From NCBI GenBank assembly GCA_012295275.1, contig CM022676.1, positions 2,232,001-2,296,000 on the forward strand: a DNA stretch of 64,000 nucleotides, written 5' to 3'. Both the position numbers and the translations under genes were made by a program. Positions 51,487 to 64,000 of the stretch are shown here, piece after piece. This stretch comes from Chrysomallon squamiferum (Eukaryota > Animalia > Mollusca). Under the pieces are notes generated by a model. That model did no database searches and was not told the origin of the DNA. It saw only the letters and a program-made list of their open reading frames with translations. Within the stretch, counting starts at the first letter, position 1; each line of letters opens with the position of its first letter.

Positions 51487-51833
51487 AAAAACCTCTGGTA
51501 CTGAATGCATATACAATTGTAAAATAATCAAAATTCAATTAATTAAAAATTGCCAGAAAATTTAAAAACAAATAAATTTCAGAATATTAATGAATACAAA
51601 ATGAAATAATAAATACTGATATTATAAAAACGATTCCATCAAATGACACAAAACATTATTTTATTTACTGATTTTTTAGTTATAACAACAATAAGCAAAG
51701 TAGACAGGATAGAGTAAATAAATAAGCAAACAATAAAGAACCACTTTAAAACTTTAAAATGATCGAAGAATTACTGAGTACATCTCACCCAAGGGACCTC
51801 ACTCTAATTGATATTATTTTTTCTTTGCTTTTT

Positions 51834-51864
<31 letters not shown>

Positions 51865-53625
51865 CAGACAGACAGACAAACACACACACACAACACACAC
51901 ACACGCACACTTACACATAGAAAAACCTCTGGTACTGAATGCATATACAATTGTAAAATAATCAAAATTCAATTAATTAAAAATTGCCAGAAAATTTAAA
52001 AACAAATACATTTCAGAATATTAATGAATACAAAATGAAATAATAAATACTGATATTATAAAAACGATTCCATCAAATGACACAAAACATTATTTTATTT
52101 ACTGATTTTTTAATTATAACAACAATAAGCAAAGTAGACACGATATATAAGAAATAAGTAAGTAAACAAATAAAGAACGACTTTGAAAGTTTAAAACGAT
52201 CGAATGCTTAGTGAGTACATCTCACCCAAGGGACCTTACTCTAATCGATATCATTTTTTCTTTGCTTTGTTTATATATATACAGACAGACAGACACACCC
52301 ACACACACACACTTACACAGAGAAAAGCCTCTGGTACTGAATGATTATATAATTGTAAAAGAAAAAAAATTCAATTCATTAAAAATTGCCAGAAAATTTA
52401 AAAACAAATAAATTTCAGAATATTAATAAATACAAAATGAAATAATAAATACTGATATTATAAAAACGATTCCATCAAATGACACAAACAATTATTTTAT
52501 TTACTATTTTTAATTATAACAACAATAAGCAAAGTAGACAGGATAGAGTAAATAAATAAGCAAACAATAAAGAACCACTTTAAAACTTTAAAATGATCGA
52601 AGAATTACTGAGTACATCTCACCCAAGGGACCTCACTCTAATCGAGATTGTTTTTTCTTTGCTTTTTTATATATATATATATATATACAGACAGACAGAA
52701 ACACTCACACACACACACACACACACACACACTTACACATAGAAAAACCTCTGGTACTGAATGCATATACAATTGTAAAATAATCAAAATTCAATTAATT
52801 AAAAATTGCCAGAAAATTTAAAAACAAATAAATTTCAGAATATTAATGAATACAAAATGAAATAATAAATACTGATATTATAAAAACGATTCCATCAAAT
52901 GACACAAAACATTATTTTATTTACTGATTTTTTAATTATAACAACAATAAGCAAAGTAGACAGGATATATAAGAAATAAGTAAGTAAACAAATAAAGAAC
53001 GACTTTGAAAGTTTAAAACGATCGAAGGCTTAGTGAGTACATCTCACCTGTTGGACCTCACTCTAATATATGTTTGTGAACACTTATCACTAAAGGGAGA
53101 TAAGTCTAATCGACATAATTTTTACTTCGCTTAGTGAATACATCTCACGTAAGGGACCTAACTCTAATCGATATCATTTTTTCTTTGCTTTGTTTATATA
53201 TATATACAGACAGACAGACACACCCACACACACACTTACACAGAGAAAAGCCTATGGTACTGAATGATTATAGAATTGTAAAAGAAACAAAATTCAATTA
53301 ATTAAAAATTGCCAGAAAATTTAAAAACAAATAAATTTCAGAATATTAATGAATACAAAATGAAATAATAAATACTGATATTATAAAAACGATTCCATCA
53401 AATGACACAAAACATTATTTTATTTACTGATTTTTTAGTTATAACAACAATAAGCAAAGTGGACAGGATAGAGTAAATAAATAAGCAAACAATAAAGAAC
53501 CACTTTAAAACTTTAAAATGATCGAAGAATTACTGAGTACATCTCACCCAAGGGACCTCACTCTAATCGATATTATTTTTTCTTTGCTTGTTTTATATAT
53601 ATATATATATATATACAGACAGACA

Positions 53626-53677
<52 letters not shown>

Positions 53678-54017
53678 TAGAAAAACCTCTGGTACTGAAT
53701 GCATATACAATTGTAAAATAATCAAAATTCAATTAATTAAAAATTGCCAGAAAATTTAAAACAAATAAATTTCAGAATATTAATGAATACAAAATGAAAT
53801 AATAAATACTGATATTATAAAAACGATTCCATCAAATGACACAAAACATTATTTTATTTACTGATTTTTTAGTTATAACAACAATAAGCAAAGTAGACAG
53901 GATAGAGTAAATAAATAAGCAAACAATAAAGAACCACTTTAAAACTTTAAAATGATCGAAGAATTACTGAGTACATCTCACCCAAGGGACCTCACTCTAA
54001 TTGATATTTTTTTTTTT

Positions 54018-54066
<49 letters not shown>

Positions 54067-54079
54067 CAGACAGACAGAC

Positions 54080-54123
<44 letters not shown>

Positions 54124-55835
54124 TAGAAAAACCTCTGGTACTGAATGCATATACAATTGTAAAATAATCAAAATTCAATTAATTAAAAATTGCCAGAAAA
54201 TTTAAAAACAAATAAATTTCAGAATATTAATGAATACAAAATGAAATAATAAATACTGATATTATAAAAACGATTCCATCAAATGACACAAAACATTATT
54301 TTATTTACTGATTTTTTAATTATAACAACAATAAGCAAAGTAGACACGATATATAAGAAATAAGTAAGTAAACAAATAAAGAACGACTTTGAAAGTTTAA
54401 AACGATCGAATGCTTAGTGAGTACATCTCACCCAAGGGACCTTACTCTAATCGATATCATTTTTTCTTTGCTTTGTTTATATATATACAGACAGACAGAC
54501 ACACACACACACACACACACACTTACACAGAGAAAAGCCTCTGGTACTGAATGATTATATAATTGTAAAAGAAAAAAAATTCAATTCATTAAAAATTGCC
54601 AGAAAATTTAAAAACAAATAAATTTCAGAATATTAATAAATACAAAATGAAATAATAAATACTGATATTATAAAAACGATTCCATCAAATGACACAAACA
54701 ATTATTTTATTTACTATTTTTTAATTATAACAACAATAAGCAAAGTAGACAGGATAGAGTAAATAAATAAGCAAACAATAAAGAACCACTTTAAAACTTT
54801 AAAATGATCGAAGAATTACTGAGTACATCTCACCCAAGGGACCTCACTCTAATCGATATTATTTTTTCTTTGCTTTTTTTATATATATATATATATATAC
54901 AGACAGACAGAAGACACACACACACACACACACACACACACTTACACATAGAAAAACCTCTGGTACTGAATGCATATACAATTGTAAAATAATCAAAATT
55001 CAATTAATTAAAAATTGCCAGAAAATTTAAAAACAAATAAATTTCAGAATATTAATGAATACAAAACGAAATAATAAATACTGATATTATAAAAACGATT
55101 CCATCAAATGACACAAAACATTATTTTATTTACTGATTTTTTAATTATAACAACAATAAGCAAAGTAGACAGGATATATAAGAAATAAGTAAGTAAACAA
55201 ATAAAGAACGACTTTGAAAGTTTAAAACGATCGAAGGCTTAGTGAGTACATCTCACCTGTTGGACCTCACTCTAATATATGTTTGTGAACACTTATCACT
55301 AAAGGGAGATAAGTCTAATCGACATAATTTTTACTTCGCTTAGTGAATACATCTCACGTAAGGGACCTAACTCTAATCGATATCATTTTTTCTTTGCTTT
55401 GTTTGTATATATATACAGACAGACAGACACACACACACACACACACACTTACACAGAGAAAAGCCTATGGTACTGAATGATTATAGAATTGTAAAAGAAA
55501 CAAAATTCAATTAATTAAAAATTGCCAGAAAATTTAAAAACAAATAAATTTCAGAATATTAATGAATACAAAATGAAATAATAAATACTGATATTATAAA
55601 AACGATTCCATCAAATGACACAAAACATTATTTTATTTACTGATTTTTTAGTTATAACAACAATAAGCAAAGTGGACAGGATAGAGTAAATAAATAAGCA
55701 AACAATAAAGAACCACTTTAAAACTTTAAAATGATCGAAGAATTACTGAGTACATCTCACCCAAGGGACCTCACTCTAATCGATATTATTTTTTCTTTGC
55801 TTTTTTTTATATATATATATATATACAGACAGACA

Positions 55836-55887
<52 letters not shown>

Positions 55888-56265
55888 TAGAAAAACCTCT
55901 GGTACTGAATGCATATACAATTGTAAAATAATCAAAATTCAATTAATTAAAAATTGCCAGAAAATTTAAAAACAAATAAATTTCAGAATATTAATGAATA
56001 CAAAATGAAATAATAAATACTGATATTATAAAAACGATTCCATCAAATGACACAAAACATTATTTTATTTACTGATTTTTTAGTTATAACAACAATAAGC
56101 AAAGTAGACAGGATAGAGTAAATAAATAAGCAAACAATAAAGAACCACTTTAAAACTTTAAAATGATCGAAGAATTACTGAGTACATCTCACCCAAGGGA
56201 CCTCACTCTAATCGATATTATTTTTTCTTTGCTTTTTTTTATATATATATATATACAGACAGACA

Positions 56266-56321
<56 letters not shown>

Positions 56322-56710
56322 TAGAAAAACCTCTGGTACTGAATGCATATACAATTGTAAAATAATCAAAATTCAATTAATTAAAAATTGCCAGAAAATT
56401 TAAAAACAAATAAATTTCAGAATATTAATGAATACAAAATGAAATAATAAATACTGATATTATAAAAACGATTCCATCAAATGACACAAAACATTATTTT
56501 ATTTACTGATTTTTTAGTTATAACAACAATAAGCAAAGTAGACAGGATAGAGTAAATAAATAAGCAAACAATAAAGAACCACTTTAAAACTTTAAAATGA
56601 TCGAAGAATTACTGAGTACATCTCACCCAAGGGACCTCACTCTAATCGATATTTTTTTTTCTTTGCTTTTTTTATATATATATATATATATACAGACAGA
56701 CAGACAGACA

Positions 56711-56753
<43 letters not shown>

Positions 56754-57505
56754 TTACACATAGAAAAACCTCTGGTACTGAATGCATATACAATTGTAAA
56801 ATAATCAAAATTCAATTAATTAAAAATTGCCAGAAAATTTAAAAACAAATAAATTTCAGAATATTAATGAATACAAAATGAAATAATAAATACTGATATT
56901 ATAAAAACGATTCCATCAAATGACACAAAACATTATTTTATTTACTGATTTTTTAATTATAACAACAATAAGCAAAGTAGACACGATATATAAGAAATAA
57001 GTAAGTAAACAAATAAAGAACGACTTTGAAAGTTTAAAACGATCGAATGCTTAGTGAGTACATCTCACCCAAGGGACCTTACTCTAATCGATATCATTTT
57101 TTCTTTGCTTTGTTTATATATATACAGACAGACAGACACACCCACACACACACACTTACACAGAGAAAAGCCTCTGGTACTGAATGATTATATAATTGTA
57201 AAAGAAAAAAAATTCAATTCATTAAAAATTGCCAGAAAATTTAAAAACAAATAAATTTCAGAATATTAATAAATACAAAATGAAATAATAAATACTGATA
57301 TTATAAAAACGATTCCATCAAATGACACAAACAATTATTTTATTTACTATTTTTTAATTATAACAACAATAAGCAAAGTAGACAGGATAGAGTAAATAAA
57401 TAAGCAAACAATAAAGAACCACTTTAAAACTTTAAAATGATCGAAGAATTACTGAGTACATCTCACCCAAGGGACCTCACTCTAATCGATATTTTTTTTT
57501 TTTTT

Positions 57506-57542
<37 letters not shown>

Positions 57543-57544
57543 CA

Positions 57545-57595
<51 letters not shown>

Positions 57596-57977
57596 ACACA
57601 TAGAAAAACCTCTGGTACTGAATGCATATACAATTGTAAAATAATCAAAATTCAATTAATTAAAAATTGCCAGAAAATTTAAAAACAAATAAATTTCAGA
57701 ATATTAATGAATACAAAATGAAATAATAAATACTGATATTATAAAACGATTCCATCAAATGACACAAAACATTATTTTATTTACTGATTTTTTAGTTATA
57801 ACAACAATAAGCAAAGTGGACAGGATAGAGTAAATAAATAAATAAAAACAATAAAGAACCACTTTAAAACTTTAAAATGATCGAAGAATTACTGAGTACA
57901 TCTCACCCAAGGGACCTCACTCTAATCGATATTATTTTTTCTTTGCTTGTTTATATATATATATATACAGACAGACA

Positions 57978-58033
<56 letters not shown>

Positions 58034-58375
58034 TAGAAAAACCTCTGGTACTGAATGCATATACAATTGTAAAATAATCAAAATTCAATTAATTAAAAAT
58101 TGCCAGAAAATTTAAAAACAAATAAATTTCAGAATATTAATGAATACAAAATGAAATAATAAATACTGATATTATAAAAACGATTCCATCAAATGACACA
58201 AAACATTATTTTATTTACTGATTTTTTTTTAATTATAACAACAATAAGCAAAGTAGACAGGATAGAGTAAATAAATAAGCAAACAATAAAGAACCACTTT
58301 AAAACTTTAAAATGATCGAAGAATTACTGAGTACATCTCACCCAAGGGACCTCACTCTAATCGATATTTTTTTTT

Positions 58376-58406
<31 letters not shown>

Positions 58407-58424
58407 CATACAGACAGACAGACA

Positions 58425-58471
<47 letters not shown>

Positions 58472-58876
58472 ACACATAGAAAAACCTCTGGTACTGAATG
58501 CATATACAATTGTAAAATAATCAAAATTCAATTAATTAAAAATTGCCAGAAAATTTAAAAACAAATAAATTTCAGAATATTAATGAATACAAAATGAAAT
58601 AATAAATACTGATATTATAAAAACGATTCCATCAAATGACACAAAACATTATTTTATTTACTGATTTTTTTAATTATAACAACAATAAGCAAAGTAGACA
58701 GGATATATAAGAAATAAATAAGTAAACAAATAAAAAGAACTTTGAAACTTTAAAAGTTTAAAACGATCGAAGGCTTAGTGAGTACATCTCACCTAAAGGG
58801 AGGGACCTCATACTCTAATCGATATCATCTTTTTTTCTTTGCTTTAATTTTTATGTTTATATATACAGACAGACAG

Positions 58877-58909
<33 letters not shown>

Positions 58910-59320
58910 ACACTGGTACTGAATGAAGAGAAAACCTCTGGTACTGAATGATATATACAATTGTAAAAGAAACAAAATTCAATTAATTAAAAATTGCCAG
59001 AAAATTTAAAAACAAATAAATTTCAGAATATTAATAAATACAAAATGAAATAATAAATACTGATATTATAAAAACGATTCCATCAAATGACACAAAACAT
59101 TATTTTATTTACTGATTTTTTAATTATAACAACAATAAGCAAAGTAGACAGGATAGAGTAAATAAATAAGCAAACAATAAAGAACCACTTTAAAACTTTA
59201 AAATGATCGAAGAATTACTGAGTACATCTCACCCAAGGGACCTCACTCTAATCGATATTATTTTTTTTTTTTTTTTTTTTTTTATATATATATATATATA
59301 TATATACAGACAGACAGACA

Positions 59321-59363
<43 letters not shown>

Positions 59364-60189
59364 ACACATAGAAAAACCTCTGGTACTGAATGCATATACA
59401 ATTGTAAAATAATCAAAATTCAATTAATTAAAAATTGCCAGAAAATTTAAAAACAAATAAATTTCAGAATATTAATGAATACAAAATGAAATAATAAATA
59501 CTGATATTATAAAAACGATTCCATCAAATGACACAAAACATTATTTTATTTACTGATTTTTTAATTATAACAACAATAAGCAAAGTAGACAGGATATATA
59601 AGAAATAAGTAAGTAAACAAATAAAGAACGACTTTGAAAGTTTAAAACGATCGAAGGCTTAGTGAGTACATCTCACCCAAGGGACCTCACTCTAATCGAT
59701 ATCTAATCGACATTTTTCTTTGCTTTGTTTATATATATATATACAGAGACAGACTAAGACACAGACACATATACACACAGACAGACACACCCACACACAC
59801 ACACTTACACAGAGAAAAGCCTCTGGTACTGAATGATTATACAATTGTAAAAGAAAAAAAATTCAATTCATTAAAAATTGCCAGAAAATTTAAAAACAAA
59901 TAAATTTCAGAATATTAATAAATACAAAATGAAATAATAAATACTGATATTATAAAAACGATTCCATCAAATGACACAAAACAATTATTTTATTTACTGA
60001 TTTTTTAATTATAACAACAATAAGCAAAGTAGACAGGATAGAGTAAATAAATAAGCAAACAATAAAGAACCACTTTAAAACTTTAAAATGATCGAAGAAT
60101 TAGTGAGTACATCTCACCCAAGGGACCTCACTCTAATCGATATTATTTTTTCTTTGCTTAATTTATATATATATACAGACAGACAGACA

Positions 60190-60232
<43 letters not shown>

Positions 60233-61084
60233 ACACATAGAAAAACCTCTGGTACTGAATGCATATACAATTGTAAAATAATCAAAATTCAATTAATTAA
60301 AATTGCCAGAAAATTTAAAACAAATAAATTTCAGAATATTAATGAATACAAAATGAAATAATAAATACTGATATTATAAAAACGATTCCATCAAATGACA
60401 CAAAACATTATTTTATTTACTGATTTTTTAATTATAACAACAATAAGCAAAGTAGACAGGATATATAAGAAATAAGTAAGTAAACAAATAAAGAACGACT
60501 TTGAAAGTTTAAAACGATCGAAGGCTTAGTGAGTACATCTCACCTGTTGGACCTCACTCTAATATATGTTTGTGAACACATATCACTAAAGGGAGATAAG
60601 TCTAATCGACATAATTTTTACTTCGCTTAGTGAATACATCTCACGTAAGGGACCTAACTCTAATCGATATCATTTTTTCTTTGCTTTGTTTATATATATA
60701 CAGACAGACAGACACACCCACACACACACACTTACACAGAGAAAAGCCTCTGGTACTGAATGATTATACAATTGTAAAAGAAACAAAATTCAATTCATTA
60801 AAAATTGCCAGAAAATTTAAAAACAAATAAATTTCAGAATATTAATAAATACAAAATGAAATAATAAATACTGATATTATAAAAACGATTCCATCAAATG
60901 ACACAAAAACATTATTTTATTTACTGATTTTTTAATTATAACAACAATAAGCAAAGTAGACAGGATAGAGTAAATAAATAAGCAAACAATAAAGAACCAC
61001 TTTAAAACTTTAAAATGATCGAAGAATTAGTGAGTACATCTCACCCAAGGGACCTCACTCTAATCGATATTATTTTTTCTTTCT

Positions 61085-61115
<31 letters not shown>

Positions 61116-61139
61116 CAGACAGACAGACAGACAGACACA

Positions 61140-61173
<34 letters not shown>

Positions 61174-61570
61174 TAGAAAAACCTCTGGTACTGAATGCAT
61201 ATACAATTGTAAAATAATCAATTGTAAAAGAAACTAAAATCAATTAATTAAAAATTGCCAGAAAATTTAAAAACAAATAAATTTCAGAATATTAATGAAT
61301 ACAAAATGAAATAATAAATACTGATATTATAAAAACGATTCCATCAAATGACACAAAACATTATTTTATTTACTGATTTTTTAATTATAACAACAATAAG
61401 CAAAGTAGACAGGGATATAAATAAATAAATAAGCAAACAATAAAGAACCACTTTAAAACTTTAAAATGATCGAAGAATTAGTGAGTACATCTCACCCAAG
61501 GGACCTCACTCTAATCGATAATATTTTTTTTCTTTTTTTATATATATATATATATAGGGAGACAGACAGC

Positions 61571-61628
<58 letters not shown>

Positions 61629-62518
61629 ACACATAGAAAAACCTCTGGTACTGAATGCATATACAATTGTAAAATAATCAAAATTCAATTAATTAAAAAT
61701 TGCCAGAAAATTTAAAAACAAATAAATTTCAGAATATTAATGAATACAAAATGAAATAATAAATACTGATATTATAAAAACGATTCCATCAAATGACACA
61801 AAACATTATTTTATTTACTGATTTTTTAATTATAACAACAATAAGCAAAGTAGACAGGATATATAAGAAATAAGTAAGTAAACAAATAAAGAACGACTTT
61901 GAAAGTTTAAAACGATCGAAGGCTTAGTGAGTACATCTCACCCAAGGGACCTCACTCTAATCGATATCATTTTTTCTATCACTTTGTTTATATATATATA
62001 TACATACAGACAGACACACACACACACACACACACATCTCGTAAAGGGACCTAACTCTAATCGATATCATTTTTCTTTTTTTTTTATATACACAGACAGA
62101 CAGACAGACACACACACACACACTTACACTGAGAAAAACCTCTGGTACTGAATGATTATACAATTGTAAAAGAAACAAAATTCAATTAATTAAAAATTGC
62201 CAGAAAATTTAAAAACAAATAAATTTCAGAATATTAATAAATACAAAATGAAATAATAAATACTGATATTATAAAAACGATTCCATCAAATGACACAAAA
62301 CATTATTTTATTTACTGATTTTTTAGTTATAACAACAATAAGCAAAGTAGACAGGATAGAGTAAATAAATAAGCAAACAATAAAGAACCACTTTAAAACT
62401 TTAAAATGATCGAAGAATTACTGAGTACATCTCACCCAAGGGACCTCACTCTAATCGATATTATTTTTTCTTTCTTTTTTTATATATATATATATATACA
62501 GACAGACAGACAGACACA

Positions 62519-62565
<47 letters not shown>

Positions 62566-63361
62566 ACAAATAGAAAAACCTCTGGTACTGAATGCATATA
62601 CAATTGTAAAATAATCAAAATTCAATTAAATAAATTTCAGAATATTAATGAATACAAAATGAAATAATAAATACTGATATTATAAAAACGATTCCATCAA
62701 ATGACACAAAACATTATTTTATTTACTGATTTTTTAATTATAACAACAATAAGCAAAGTAGACAGGATATATAAGAAATAAGTAAGTAAACAAATAAAGA
62801 ACGACTTTGAAAGTTTAAAACGATCGAAGGCTTAGTGAGTACATCTCACCCAAGGGACGTCACTCTAATATATGTTTGTGAACACATTTTTTCTTCGACA
62901 TAATTTTTATATATATACAGACGTAAGGGACCTAAGACTAAGACATCACTTTTATATATATATATATATACAGACAGACACACACACACACACACACACA
63001 CTAACACTTACACAGAGAAAAGCCTCTGGTACTGAATGATTATATAATTGTAAAAGAAACAAAATTCAATTAATTAAAAATTGCCAGAAAATTTAAAAAC
63101 AAATAAATTTCAGAATATTAATAAATACAAAATGAAATAATAAATACTGATATTATAAAAACGATTCCATCAAATGACACAAAACATTATTTTATTTACT
63201 GATTTTTTAATTATAACAACAATAAGCAAAGTAGACAGGATAGAGTAAATAAATAAGCAAACAATAAAGAACCACTTTAAAACTTTAAAATGATCGAAGA
63301 ATTAGTGAGTACATCTCACCCAAGGGACCTCACTCTAATCGATATTATTTTTTCTTTGCTT

Positions 63362-63392
<31 letters not shown>

Positions 63393-63406
63393 CAGACAGA
63401 CAGACA

Positions 63407-63457
<51 letters not shown>

Positions 63458-63847
63458 ACACATAGAAAAACCTCTGGTACTGAATGCATATACAATTGTA
63501 AAATAATCAAAATTCAATTAATTAAAAATTGCCAGAAAATTTAAAAACAAATAAATTTCAGAATATTAATAAATACAAAATGAAATAATAAATACTGATA
63601 TTATAAAAACGATTCCATCAAATGACACAAAACATTATTTTATTTACTGATTTTTTAATTATAACAACAATAAGCAAAGTAGACAGGATAGAGTAAATAA
63701 ATAAGCAAACAATAAAGAACCACTTTAAAACTTTAAAATGATCGAAGAATTAGTGAGTACATCTCACCCAAGGGACCTCACTCTAATCGATATTATTTTT
63801 TTTTTTTTATTTATATATATATATATATATATACAGACAGACAGACA

Positions 63848-63893
<46 letters not shown>

Positions 63894-64000
63894 TAGAAAA
63901 ACCTCTGGTACTGAATGCATATACAATTGTAAAATAATCAAAATTCAATTAATTAAAAATTGCCAGAAAATTTAAAAACAAATAAATTTCAGAATATTAA
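47999..64000. repeat. Satellite DNA: about 36 head-to-tail monomers of roughly 400-510 bp (mean about 440), each with an internal (T)n(TA)n(CAGA)n(CA)n hypervariable core; three monomer types
   Basis: Marker aacaataagcaaagt(a/g)gaca counted 36 times. Conserved blocks gagtacatctcacccaagggacc, aaacctctggtactgaatg, gattccatcaaatgacac. The array runs off the end of the window. Confidence 0.97.

Noticed and set aside
48251-63544. Recurring MIEELLSTSHPRDLTLID ORFs in the satellite
   Set aside because: The frame after the first 18 or so codons changes with microsatellite length in each copy, so there is no coding constraint.

Overview
AT-rich, microsatellite-dense, intron-containing animal DNA; gene content and repeat style suggest a mollusc, probably a gastropod (inference). 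Gene models were built by hand from GT-AG sites and reading-frame phase. From left to right: (1) two tandem core-2/I-branching beta-1,6-GlcNAc-transferase (GT14/GCNT-like) genes whose first coding exon is a lone ATG, present in three copies; (2) a secreted Pro/Gln-rich repeat protein with a lustrin/WR1-type Cys module and a 1-bp frameshift; (3) a C-type lectin pseudogene whose last exon has been amplified into a 36-bp minisatellite, facing an intact perlucin-like C-type lectin; (4) a cluster of related Ig-domain type I receptors (one + strand gene, one complete and two partial - strand copies). The cluster has duplicated leader exons and phase-compatible alternative TM/tail modules, and two paralogues carry a TAA straight after the TM, in one case ahead of an intact Tyr-motif-rich tail. 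This is a candidate modular paired-receptor immune/recognition system; (5) Tigger/pogo and hAT relics; (6) a 200-N gap followed by about 36 monomers of a ~440-bp satellite with higher-order structure.
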